From positions 49,367 to 69,366 of the forward strand of contig JAVECL010000057.1 of assembly GCA_051942245.1 (NCBI GenBank): 20,000 bases of DNA, given 5' to 3'. The position numbers and the translations under genes are program-made. Below are positions 9,972 through 20,000 of the stretch, piece after piece (position 1 is the first letter of the stretch; each line of letters opens with the position of its first letter). Source of the DNA: Trypethelium eluteriae (Eukaryota). The notes beneath the pieces are model-generated. The model saw only the letters and a list, made by a program, of their open reading frames with translations, was not told where the DNA came from and did not search any database.

Positions 9972-10114
9972 TTAGGAGGTAGGCCTGTGAGTAGGTAGGG
10001 TGGCAGGTAGGACGTGGTGTTGAGCGTGGCATGGCGTGATGCAGGGCCAACAAGGCAGAAATGTCTCTGTTGCTGCCTGGAGGTGGGCTTGGGCGTCGTC
10101 TGTGTATCAGCCCT

Positions 10115-10276
10115 GCCATTGGATCGCCATTGGTCGCCACCCGCGCCCGCGCCCAATCAGCGCCCGCCGCTAACGCACTAATCCACCTAATCCACCCGCC
10201 GGTTGGCCTGAGCATCTGCGTCAGATACACCAGAAAGCGCTAACAATTTACAGCCCCAATTTCTGTCCAATTTCTG
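10115..10276. promoter_or_regulatory. Cluster of five CCAAT boxes, putative CCAAT-binding complex (HAP/NF-Y) sites upstream of the 869-aa zinc-finger gene
   Basis: ATTGG at 10118-10122 and 10129-10133; CCAATCAG at 10153-10160; CCAAT at 10256-10260 and 10267-10271. Function is inferred from the motif only. Confidence 0.5.
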
Positions 10277-10437
10277 ATTGAACGTCGGGAAGCATCTCCC
10301 TTTCCATCAAGCTCGCTCCATGCTGCATCGAGATCCAGGTCCTCCTCAGCTACTCCCAATAACATCTATACCATGATCTGCATCGCTGAGAAGCGAAGGG
10401 CAGGTAACCCTCGTGCAGCCGTGAGCACGCTCCCACT

Positions 10438-13400
10438 TCAGCTCCCCGGGTAGGTGGACGAATGGGTGTGGTGCCCGCCGAGCGCGCCCTCACCGAAGTC
10501 GCTCGCATCTAATGGGGATGTGACGAACGACTGCTGTCCGCTTCCAGCTGCGACTGCATTGCTGATGGAGAATGCGCCTGGCTGGGCGTCGGAGGACGGG
10601 TGAGAATAGCCTGTCTGGAGGGGATGGGGAGAATACTGTCGGGCTATAGCAGCATTCAACCCATTACCGGTGTAGATTGAGGGTTGGTTTGGGAAAAAGC
10701 CCTGGGCACCGCCAGTCACTTGGTGATGGAATTGGACGGGTGGATAGGTATGTGCTGAAGTGGACGAGGGCATAAGCGGCGCTTGCGCTGCGAGACCAAC
10801 ATCGGGTTTGGTGTCGACGTGCAGGGGAAATCCACTTGCAGCAGGAGACAGCCCCTGCCTCATCCAATTCTGCGACGGCACTCTAACAGCTGGCGGTGGT
10901 CGAAAATCGATTTGCTGGGGTAAGCCAAAATTCTGAGTAGACGGTGGATTTGCCACCGAACCTCTGCCACCACCTGCCCGACTCTGCTCGAGAAGGCCGA
11001 GGACGGGGAGACTGATCTGCTCCAGATGTTTTGCAAGGTGGACTGTGAGCTTCTTCCAGCTACTGCAGATATTCCCACAGAAGCAGCAGGCCTCCTCTTC
11101 CGCACTCTTAGTAGTATCTTGCTTACACGAATCGATCAATTCCCAGATATCTTTGTAATATCGCCCCCCAACCTGTATGGGGCCGGCCGGAACTACCCCA
11201 GACACAGACTTGCCAGTGCGCACTTTTGGCTCCGGAAGCGCATGCTCCCGCACTAGATGTTGCACGAAATTGTCTTTCCGATGGCATGAGTGAGTACAGT
11301 CCTGATAATTGCAGTTCCAAGACTCCAGATGACGGTGTCGTTCGTTTTCGTGTCTCACCCAGTCCGCCTTACGCTTGAAGGATTTGGTCTCTGTACATAG
11401 CTCAAACGTGCATGTAAATGGCGACACATCCTCATGAACGTGCTTGGTCCAATCCGAAGGCTTGATGAATGCCTTTACTTTGAAGCACAACGGACATTCG
11501 AATTCTGCCGGTAACCTTTCAACTGGCGGGAGAGGAATGCCAGAAGGGAATTGTGCCGGGACGATCAAGCCATCATTAGGGTTGGCATTATCTCTATCGT
11601 CCTCGGATATAGGAGATGTCAAGACTTGAAACCCTGCCGTCGTTGTTGCAGTATTCTTATTATTGGTTCGTAGAGGTAACAGTTTTGAAGAGCCACCAAG
11701 GTCAAAACAGCGATCCCCAGATGAGCATTTATGACCCTTGACATATTTCGCGTGCTCTGTTCGAGCGTCAAGAAGCTTTTTGTATCTTCTCACCTGCTCA
11801 GTCGCAATTCGATCAGCCAGATATGGAGCGAGCCGGGGATTTAGTGAGAGGACATGGCTCTTGAAGCCTTCAAAGGTTGGAACGATTCGCTCAAAACGGA
11901 CATCCATATTCATGGCTACTGAATTGATCTGCGATGGCTCAACACCTGTGTCGAAATCTGCGTCATCGGCTTCTGGATCAAGCGACAATGATTGCAAATG
12001 CTCTAACTCGTTACCGGGAGAAGCGAGTTTCAGCATTGGGGGACCGCCATGTTGAGTCATGAGATCTGTGAGGCCCGGAGATCGCGAGATGTCGCTCTTG
12101 CTTCTGCTTCGGTGGAGTACGATGTTTTTCGCTTGCGTCCAAGGAGTCAGAGAGCTAGAAGAGACAGCACTTGAGGGTTCATGAGGAGAACGAGTTCCCC
12201 CAGTATTAGTATCAATCCGAGGTGATCGCGGTCGACGAGTATTCACATTGAGCTTCGGTGCCTGTAGCCTAGTATCGCTGTTTTGGGACTGATTCTCAGG
12301 ACGCGGCTGGTTTTGGTTGGGAGTCATCGAGTTTGTGCTCTTTCGCTTAAGAAGACTGCTATTCGGACGTTTGGCCATGAGATTGGTAAAGAGGCCACTA
12401 GATTTTTGCGCCTCTGCTTTTGATCTTGCTGCTGATTTCCCTCTCGCTGAGGATGCTACGCCTATTGGGATAGAGGCTATACTTTCGAGGTCAGTATCGC
12501 TACGACGTCGAGATCCTATTGTAGCAGAGCGGGAGGCAGTCTCTATGTCTCTTGATCGCTGATAGAATTTCATCATTGCAGCATTTGACGTTGCAGGTTG
12601 GTACCTTTCACCAGTATATGTCGAGTCTTTCGGACCATCATTCCAAGGTAGAGAGTTGTATCGCCGAGACTGCTCTTGGTAATTAGGAGGTGAGGGTGAG
12701 GGGCTTCTCTGCACCTCGACTGAGGCGTCGATGTCCGCGGGAGGCGAGTCATCCTTATCAGCGCTGAAGGACGATCTGTCCGCGTCATCTTCGAGATCAC
12801 TTTGCTCTTGAATCTTGATCCCGGGTCCTGGGATGTGGGAATCATCATCGAAGTCCTCTTGCTCGTAGGTATAAGGATCCCCTGTACTCTTAGTCCTCCG
12901 GCGAGGTTTATTTTCGTTGGCCGGAGGTGCTAGTTGAGATCGATCAGTCGCTATAGACTTCTCAACCTCATTGCTACCGAGCCATTCCTCTACGTCGGCA
13001 TTACGTTCATCTAGAAATCGCTGCTGCTCTTGCTCTTGGATGGTAGGGACGACGGCATTGCTTATTTTGCCACGAGATTCCGGTGCAACACCCGACTGGC
13101 CAGTACTTTCATTGGGTATCCATGAGCCATCAATAGAGCGTTCAACGGTGTACGCAGCTGCACTTTGGCCATTGGTGGTGTTCGGAGAGGATCGTTTCCG
13201 AGTGGTACGGTTCTGAGACCCACTATTACTGACTTGGCCGGCCTGAGTCTTGGATACCTGGGGTCCCATGATTTCAGTATACGGAACGTACTGAGTCTGG
13301 TCTTCGGGTAAAGTCATATCTCCATAGTTTGATACGTGATATGGACTCGTCAGTTGGGCTGTGTCTTCTTGGAGTTGAGATGTTTGCTGATTCGCAGGAC

Positions 13401-14112
13401 TAGCGCTTGCCGCCGGGCTGTAATGATGAGTGATTCCATGTGTATAGGGTGGTAAGGAAGCTATCGGTGGTGTTAATACTGGCGGCCCAGAAACTAGATT
13501 CGGCTCGGTACTTGAAATGGGCATAGGTGGTGCAAACGCGTGTTCCCCAGTTCCCGAAGCGGGACTCGAGGTTCCAGTCAACTCCGGGCTTAGGAGCTGT
13601 GTATTTCCTCGATATTTGCCGTCAAATGAAGAGTTCCAAGATAAATTGGATGTCGAGATAGGATGGGACGTGGCATCTGGGTTGGACGTGCTGCCATCAT
13701 CATCAAGTACTAATCTCGGTCCGAAACTCTCGTCCAATTGATCATCCAGGTAGGCAGGGCTTGCTTGATTGCTTAAATCAGGGAATCCATAATCTGAGAT
13801 TAGACCGGCCGAACTCCGTCGATCTTGGAATGCCGAAGGTGACTGCATAAGATGGCTGTTGGATGAGCTATGGGGAGGTTGGAGACCGAGCACGAAATCG
13901 CCGTACTCGTTCTGTGCTTGAGGCTGCTGAAGTTGCTGCCAATTTATCTGACCTCCACTCTCTGAGTAGCCGGGGAATAGCATCTGTGGTGGTGCTTGTT
14001 GAGTCTCCATCTGTGTAGCCTCGGGGTAGATATCAGATCCTCGAGACTTCCAGAAAACGGTAGAGCCTCGGTCATTTATTTCACTGTCTCCACGCTGAGA
14101 AGGGAAGGCCAT
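10438..14112 (-). CDS. Large C2H2 zinc-finger transcription factor (1224 aa, single ORF)
   Basis: Uninterrupted ORF with a long S/P/Q-rich disordered N-terminus. Block LPAEFECPLCFKVKAFIKPSDWTKHVHEDVSPFTCTFELC..SFKRKADWVRHENERHRHLESWNCNYQDC..RKDNFVQHLVREH, and a spaced finger CCFCGNICSSWKKLTVHLAKH. Confidence 0.9.
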   Translation of the reverse strand: MAFPSQRGDSEINDRGSTVFWKSRGSDIYPEATQMETQQAPPQMLFPGYSESGGQINWQQLQQPQAQNEYGDFVLGLQPPHSSSNSHLMQSPSAFQDRRSSAGLISDYGFPDLSNQASPAYLDDQLDESFGPRLVLDDDGSTSNPDATSHPISTSNLSWNSSFDGKYRGNTQLLSPELTGTSSPASGTGEHAFAPPMPISSTEPNLVSGPPVLTPPIASLPPYTHGITHHYSPAASASPANQQTSQLQEDTAQLTSPYHVSNYGDMTLPEDQTQYVPYTEIMGPQVSKTQAGQVSNSGSQNRTTRKRSSPNTTNGQSAAAYTVERSIDGSWIPNESTGQSGVAPESRGKISNAVVPTIQEQEQQRFLDERNADVEEWLGSNEVEKSIATDRSQLAPPANENKPRRRTKSTGDPYTYEQEDFDDDSHIPGPGIKIQEQSDLEDDADRSSFSADKDDSPPADIDASVEVQRSPSPSPPNYQEQSRRYNSLPWNDGPKDSTYTGERYQPATSNAAMMKFYQRSRDIETASRSATIGSRRRSDTDLESIASIPIGVASSARGKSAARSKAEAQKSSGLFTNLMAKRPNSSLLKRKSTNSMTPNQNQPRPENQSQNSDTRLQAPKLNVNTRRPRSPRIDTNTGGTRSPHEPSSAVSSSSLTPWTQAKNIVLHRSRSKSDISRSPGLTDLMTQHGGPPMLKLASPGNELEHLQSLSLDPEADDADFDTGVEPSQINSVAMNMDVRFERIVPTFEGFKSHVLSLNPRLAPYLADRIATEQVRRYKKLLDARTEHAKYVKGHKCSSGDRCFDLGGSSKLLPLRTNNKNTATTTAGFQVLTSPISEDDRDNANPNDGLIVPAQFPSGIPLPPVERLPAEFECPLCFKVKAFIKPSDWTKHVHEDVSPFTCTFELCTETKSFKRKADWVRHENERHRHLESWNCNYQDCTHSCHRKDNFVQHLVREHALPEPKVRTGKSVSGVVPAGPIQVGGRYYKDIWELIDSCKQDTTKSAEEEACCFCGNICSSWKKLTVHLAKHLEQISLPVLGLLEQSRAGGGRGSVANPPSTQNFGLPQQIDFRPPPAVRVPSQNWMRQGLSPAASGFPLHVDTKPDVGLAAQAPLMPSSTSAHTYPPVQFHHQVTGGAQGFFPNQPSIYTGNGLNAAIARQYSPHPLQTGYSHPSSDAQPGAFSISNAVAAGSGQQSFVTSPLDASDFGEGALGGHHTHSSTYPGS

Positions 14113-15456
14113 TTGTTTGTCTGTGGCAGCTTCTCAGCAACCCAGTCAAAGACGAACCAGGCCCTTCTGATACGCTTAATCAAGGAATTAGACAGACAAT
14201 TCTTTTGTTTTATGCAAGACTTTTTCCAGGAGAGGGTGTCACTTCCCGACTAAGAGTCGTTTCTGTAGATCAAACGAGGTGGAACAGGTGCAGGAGTGAT
14301 TTGGAAGGCAAGACTGACGCTGCTTTCTGATGTTGATCCACACTTAGAATATTGCGTACTTGAGCGTGATCGACTGTTTGGATGAAGTGATAAAAGACGC
14401 ACACGATGACAATGAATAACAGAAAGATCAATGGCAGCGCATGCACTGCTTTGATATTGCAATAATTGTTGGTTAGTAGCAAATAGGACAAGTCGCATCA
14501 CACGGCTGTCAGACGCTGGGCTAGCGCGAACAGTCTGAAAGACGAGGTAACAGCGTGGAAACTTGAAGCAAGTCGGAGACTGTTCGAACTGGTATCAGAA
14601 AAGGACGCAGATTCTAATGATGCCAGGCTGTCGTTGATATGACGCTGAGCTGCAGGCTGGCGGAGGTCCTGTCGTCCTTCAGGCTGACTCTGGCGGATTC
14701 GGTGGTCCTTTCAACAGACGGTCGCATCCACCGGTGGCGCCAACGATGCGATAATGCTAACGCAGTGGCAAGAGCGTGTAAGCGGCGAAGGGGGTCATTC
14801 CAAGCATGAAGAGACAGTGCAAGTGCAAAGTTCCTGGTTCGAGGCAGACTTGGAGTAGCCGGCTGAGGCGCTTGGGGAGCTGCGCCTTGGCGGAACACCG
14901 AGGGCTATGTCATGTTTCTCTCTCGAGGCAAGACGAGAACATGAACTACATGACTCTCGACCATTGCCTCGGGACTAGACAACCGGATCGGTCAAGGCAA
15001 AAAAAAAAAAAAGGCAACGGCGGAAACGAAGAGGCAGGACCTCACGGCTAACTCACCATTAAGTACGAGCAGGTGAGGCCGCTCAAACATAGTGGATCAT
15101 TGTATGGTAGTAGTCATAAGCAAGATAAACCCACTGAGGAGGACTTTGAGAAAATGGGCTACAGAACATTCAGCAAAGAGATGTACGTAGATTACAGTTC
15201 TTCATCGGACAAATTTATTTAGCACTAAATTGAAACCACGAACTCGCGTAGAATAGAGTTTTGGATGGAGCACTTTGAGCCTGCTGGTACTTGCCCCGAG
15301 TTCGCACTCTTGGTGCGCGTCGCCGGCCCATATCCCTACTAGAGCTAAGCCCGAATAGGCAGGCTTGCTTCTGCTCCTACACGCCAGCTGTCTTGAGCTC
15401 GACAGTAGAAGACATCGCTCTCCACGGGACGCAATTCTTTCATCTCCAATTCTACA

Positions 15457-17941
15457 ATGGCTGCGACCGTGGGCAGTCAGTTCTTCGAGGGGAACACCGG
15501 TCGAAATACGAGGGGCCTGCTCCGTGTCATCATCCTGTGTACAATCGCTGCTGCGGCCATCTCGAGTCGACTTTTTTCCGTCATTAGGTTCGAAAGCATC
15601 ATCCACGAATGTATGCCTTCTGAATCACAGCATGCTCGCAGCCAAATGCTGACTTTATGTTCCAGTCGATCCCTGGTTCAACTTTCGCGCAACGCGATAC
15701 CTCGTGCAGCATGGCTTCTTCAAATTCTGGGATTGGTTTGATGATCGTGAGTGAACGCGTCTTTCTCTCCTCCTCATGCCGATTAGCCAGTGGTGATGCT
15801 AATTGTAGTCTGCAGGAACTTGGCATCCTCTCGGTCGTGTCACTGGAGGCACGCTCTATCCAGGCCTCATGGTCACCAGCGGCGTCATCTACCATATCCT
15901 AAGATTTTTGACATTACCAGTTGATATTCGAAACATTTGCGTCCTTCTCGCTCCTGGCTTTTCGGGCCTTACAGCATTCGCTACATACCTCTTCACATCG
16001 GAGATGTCAACCTCGCCATCCGCAGGTCTCTTGGCAGCTGCATTCATGGGTATCACTCCAGGCTACATATCTCGCTCGGTGGCAGGAAGTTACGACAACG
16101 AGGCCATCGCCATCTTTCTTTTGGTTTTCACCTTCTACCTATGGATCAAAGCACTCAAGCTCGGCTCCGTACTTTGGGGGGGTCTGACTGCCTTGTTCTA
16201 TGGCTATATGGTCTCCTCCTGGGGTGGCTATGTCTTTATTACCAATCTACTTCCACTCCACGCTTTCGTCTTGATCTGCATGGGCCGATATAGCCCGCGC
16301 CTGTATGTCAGCTATACGAGCTGGTATGCGCTTGGCACTTTGGCTAGCATGCAGATTCCGTTTGTTGGCTTCCTACCACTGCGCACCAGCGAGCATATGT
16401 CTGCCCTCGGTATGTATTCAACGTTGACTGGACTCAAGGCACCTTTCGACTAACTTAGGCTAGGCGTTTTCGGTCTCATACAGATCGTAGCTTTTGCGGA
16501 GTATCTACGCACTCAGTTACCAAGCAAACAATTCCAAACTCTACTCCGAACTTTGGTCCTTGCCATCTTCGTTGTTGCCCTCGGCGGCTTGGTTCTCCTG
16601 ACCTTTGCCGGAACAATCGCCCCATGGTCTGGTCGATTCTATTCCCTCTGGGATACCGGATATGCCAAGATTCACATTCCCATCATAGCCTCGGTTTCTG
16701 AACATCAACCTACCGCCTGGCCTGCCTTCTTTTTCGATCTGAATATGTTGATCTGGCTTTTCCCAGCTGGCGTCTACATGTGTTTCCGAACACTCAAGGA
16801 TGAACAGGTCTTCGTCATCATTTACGCCGTGCTTGCGAGTTACTTTGCTGGTGTCATGGTTCGTCTGATGCTTACATTAACGCCTATTGTGTGTGTTGCA
16901 GCTGCCATGGCCTTGTCTCAAATTTTAGACTCATTTTCCGTCACCAAAACCCCCGATCCAAAGGAGCAGGCTAATGGGACCGCGGCTCCCAGCACCAAAG
17001 GTCTTGCCGCGGCCGTTCCCGACACGCTAAAATCTACAAGAACTCCAGTAGTCGGTATCTTTTCCAACCTTTCCAAGTTCGCCATGGTCGGTGTTACGAC
17101 TTGTTATCTCCTCTTATTTGTTGCTCACTGTACTTGGGTGACATCTAACGCTTATTCCTCCCCCTCCGTGGTGCTTGCCAGCCGACTGCCCGATGGAAGC
17201 CAACACATCATTGACGACTACCGTGAAGCGTATTACTGGTTGCGGCAAAACACCCCCGAGAATGCAAAGATCATGTCGTGGTGGGATTACGGGTACCAAA
17301 TCGGTGGAATGGCCGATCGCCCGACGCTTGTCGATAACAATACCTGGAACAACACTCATATTGCAACGGTTGGAAAAGCAATGAGCTCCCGCGAGGAGGT
17401 CAGCTACCCTATCATGCGTCAGCATGAAGTGGATTACGTGCTTGTTGTCTTCGGCGGCCTCCTTGGGTACTCTGGAGATGATATCAATAAATTTCTTTGG
17501 ATGGTTCGTATTGCTGAGGGCGTGTGGCCAGATGAAGTAAAGGAACGTGACTACTTTACCGCAAGAGGAGAGTACCGCGTTGATGATGAGGCAACGCCGA
17601 CAATGAGGAACAGCTTGATGTATGTTCGGCGCTTAAGCACAGATGAAGAGAGATGACTAATACCCGATAGGTACAAGATGTCCTACTACAACTACAATAC
17701 GCTCTTCCCTGCTGGTCAGGCCCAGGACCGAGTTCGGGGGTCAAAGATGCCAGCTCAAGGACCCGAGTTGACCACTGTGGAGGAAGCGTTCACGAGCGAG
17801 AACTGGATCATTAGGATCTATAAGGTCAAAGATCTCGATAACTTCGGCAGAGACCATGCTAGTGCCGTGGCATTTGATAAGGGCAACAAGAAGAAGAGAT
17901 CAACGAAGCGAAGGGGTCCGAGAGTTCTTCGTGTAGAATAG
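15457..17941 (+). CDS. STT3: Oligosaccharyltransferase catalytic subunit STT3, 5 exons (15457..15610, 15666..15746, 15816..16409, 16464..17619, 17671..17941), 751 aa
   Basis: Spliced product reads [90 protein letters not shown] and SLMYKMSYY. Introns of 55, 69, 54 and 51 nt have GT(A/G)-type donors, CTRAY branches and YAG acceptors; CDS 2256 nt. Confidence 0.97.
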
Positions 17942-18542
17942 ATTCGCCTGTGGTTGAGAGAGTTACGATGCGTAGGTTTGTATAATATAGCTGGACAGCG
18001 TATGGGCGCTTCCGATACAAAAGCGACAAAATATGATTTCCATCCATGCGTACGTATTCTTCCAATATTTTGTATGTGATCCCGTTGGCGGGACGCTTGC
18101 TTCTGGTGACCTACTTTAGTTTGCATGTGCAGCGGGCACGAGCGTTACTAAAGCCATTCTCATCTCTGCGAAACCTGTGAATACGCGTTTCTTTGATCTC
18201 ACTCGTCACAGTGAAATGGCATAGCTCGTGATGCGAAAGCCAGACCTCCTTCCCCGAACGGCTTTCCACGGCAAGCACAGCTCAATCAATACTCTACCGA
18301 GATTGCGGATTCCATAGAACAATCTCCTTCAGACCAGGCTCCATATTCCTTTAACACTACTCGCCCACTCTCACCACCCACACTCGCTTCGTTGATGAAA
18401 CAGATTTCTTGGCCAATTAATGATCCACCCTACCTAGGATCTCGTGCACCACCGCTCGCTCCACCACGGCTTGGGTCCAACACTCTTTCTGCTTTGAAGA
18501 CCAGTGGATCATACTAGCTGTTCTACCCTACACCCTATCGCA

Positions 18543-19901
18543 ATGAGTCCACCAGCGCATACCTATTACTATATTCCACCTCAATCAGGCGTACCCCAGC
18601 CGACTACGTAAGATTCAGTTCGTACAAATCTATAGTCGAAGCATCTTTTCATTCGCACTTGACGCGACTACTGGATCAGCGTGCTTGTATAACATCGTTT
18701 CTTCCCTGCCTTAAGTTCTCTACCAATCTTCTCTCGTTTTGCAGAGCAAAGGGAACTATACAAGTGGGCTTGTTCAGTAGCCCAAACGCTCATGACCTAT
18801 CTTGAGTGTTCACTATTTCGTTTTCATGACTAATGAGCTCTAGGGGCCATAATGGGGCTTTCTATTTCGCACCTATAGATTCCGCTCGCAGGAATCCAGC
18901 AAGTACGGACGGGGCACAAGCAGCTACGTCGCGCCTAGAAAATGGCATCAAGGTACGACGCCTTATTTCTCGAATCATAACGAGGCCGATATGAGTCGAT
19001 TGTCTAGCTTAACGGAATGACACAGTTTCAAAGTCTTCCCACACCCTTTCCTCCAATGCCTTCAAGCTTTCCAAATATTCCGCCTCCGCCAATCGTATTT
19101 GATGGAGTTCAACCTCATATCTGTTCGGTCTGCTACAAGCCGAGGTCGAAGCAGTATCAAATACAGCGTGCAATCAAGCCAGAAGAACAAGTGCCACAGT
19201 CTACCATTTGCCGTCGATGTAGGGTACAAGACGTGACGTCTAATGAGCCGAGAAGCAACATTGCTTCTGTTGCCTCCAGTAACAACACTACTAAAGCCGA
19301 CAAGAACCAGAAAAGGAAGATGGTCAATTTGGATCATCAGCGGACGACAACAGGAGTAAAGGGAGACGCGAATATGACGGAGGATGCGAGAAGCCCAAGC
19401 CCTCCATCGAATGAAGCAGGTGAAGTCATCAGGGGGATCAAGGTGGTGCGAATTCCAGCATCTAGAAACAACAGGATTGGGAAGAATGGCTTGCGAGATG
19501 AGTCAAAGTCCCAACGCAGAGATTCAATCAGCGATGGCAACGAGCCGACAAGCGCTAAACGAGCTACTAGCTTCGAGACTCGAATGCAATCCAGAGGACG
19601 TGCTATAGAAAGACAGTCACGACCGCCAAAACGCACCGATTCTGACAAGCCTGATCAGGAACCAAAACAGACATACGATGGAGCCATGGAAGATGTGGAG
19701 ACTGCACGCTGGGTAGCCGAAGAAGCGAGGCACAGGCTACGTCAATGTAGACGTCTATCTCAGGACGCCCAGACTTTGGCTGCCGATAGGGCGGCGTCCG
19801 CACGACGTGATACAACAGATCCAAGCATACCAGAGTGTCGATACAGCTATATTGTACGTCATATCAACACAGAGGGGTCTCCCGGTAGCCACTTACTGTA
19901 A
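18543..19901 (+). CDS. Hypothetical low-complexity protein with CSVC...CRRC motif; proposed exons 18543..18607, 18844..18952, 19008..19901
   Basis: ORF 19017..19901 is preceded by a TAG acceptor at 19007 and a GTACGA donor at 18953. Exon 18844..18952 is open (GHNGAFYFAPIDS...GIK) and follows a GACTAAT branch and TAG acceptor. It joins in phase to ATG 18543 (MSPPAHTYYYIPPQ...) through the GTAAGA donor at 18608. No recognised family. Confidence 0.55.
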
Positions 19902-20000
19902 ACACAGAGTCCTCCATTAGGCTTATCCGAACCGAGTCACAGACTCCGCTCAAAACGTCATGAACGTCTTCACCACGACTCTCACCGCGAAGAGCAAGTC

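Noticed and set aside
9634..10230. 198-aa ORF in the spacer between the zinc-finger genes
   Set aside because: Non-ATG start, low complexity, and runs through repeats in GC-rich promoter-like DNA.
9941..10276. CRISPR-like or transposon terminal repeats
   Set aside because: Repeats are 6-11 bp and directly adjacent with no spacers; eukaryotic context; no TIR, LTR or transposase seen.
18380..18470. TGATGA as a possible C/D snoRNA box C
   Set aside because: No matching CTGA box D or terminal stem at a suitable distance.
18745..18763. 19-nt micro-exon (CAG|AGCAAAGGGAACTATACAA|GTGGGC) inside the proposed first intron of the last gene
   Set aside because: Inclusion shifts the frame to an immediate TAA, so it was left out of the model; a poison-exon role cannot be supported without transcripts.

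Overview
Filamentous ascomycete (Pezizomycotina-type) genomic DNA, with short GT-AG introns and CTRAY branch sites. The left ~5.2 kb looks accessory or immunity-related. It holds a minus-strand NLR-like gene (PNP_UDP_1 nucleosidase - NACHT - degenerate WD40) that runs off the window edge and has a 1-nt frameshift at ~1079. Directly upstream on the same strand is a DEDDh (QIP/Gfd2-like) exonuclease gene whose apparent RRM-like C-terminus is cut off by a frameshift in a T11 run. The centre holds two intact, co-oriented, apparently paralogous C2H2 zinc-finger genes (5 exons/869 aa and 1 exon/1224 aa), separated by a spacer rich in tandem motifs and CCAAT boxes. An intact 5-exon STT3 gene (751 aa) lies divergent to them, and a spliced low-complexity hypothetical gene with a CxxC...CxxC motif is at the right edge. 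No RNA genes, transposons or CRISPR arrays were recognised. All splice models were derived by hand and no database searches were run.
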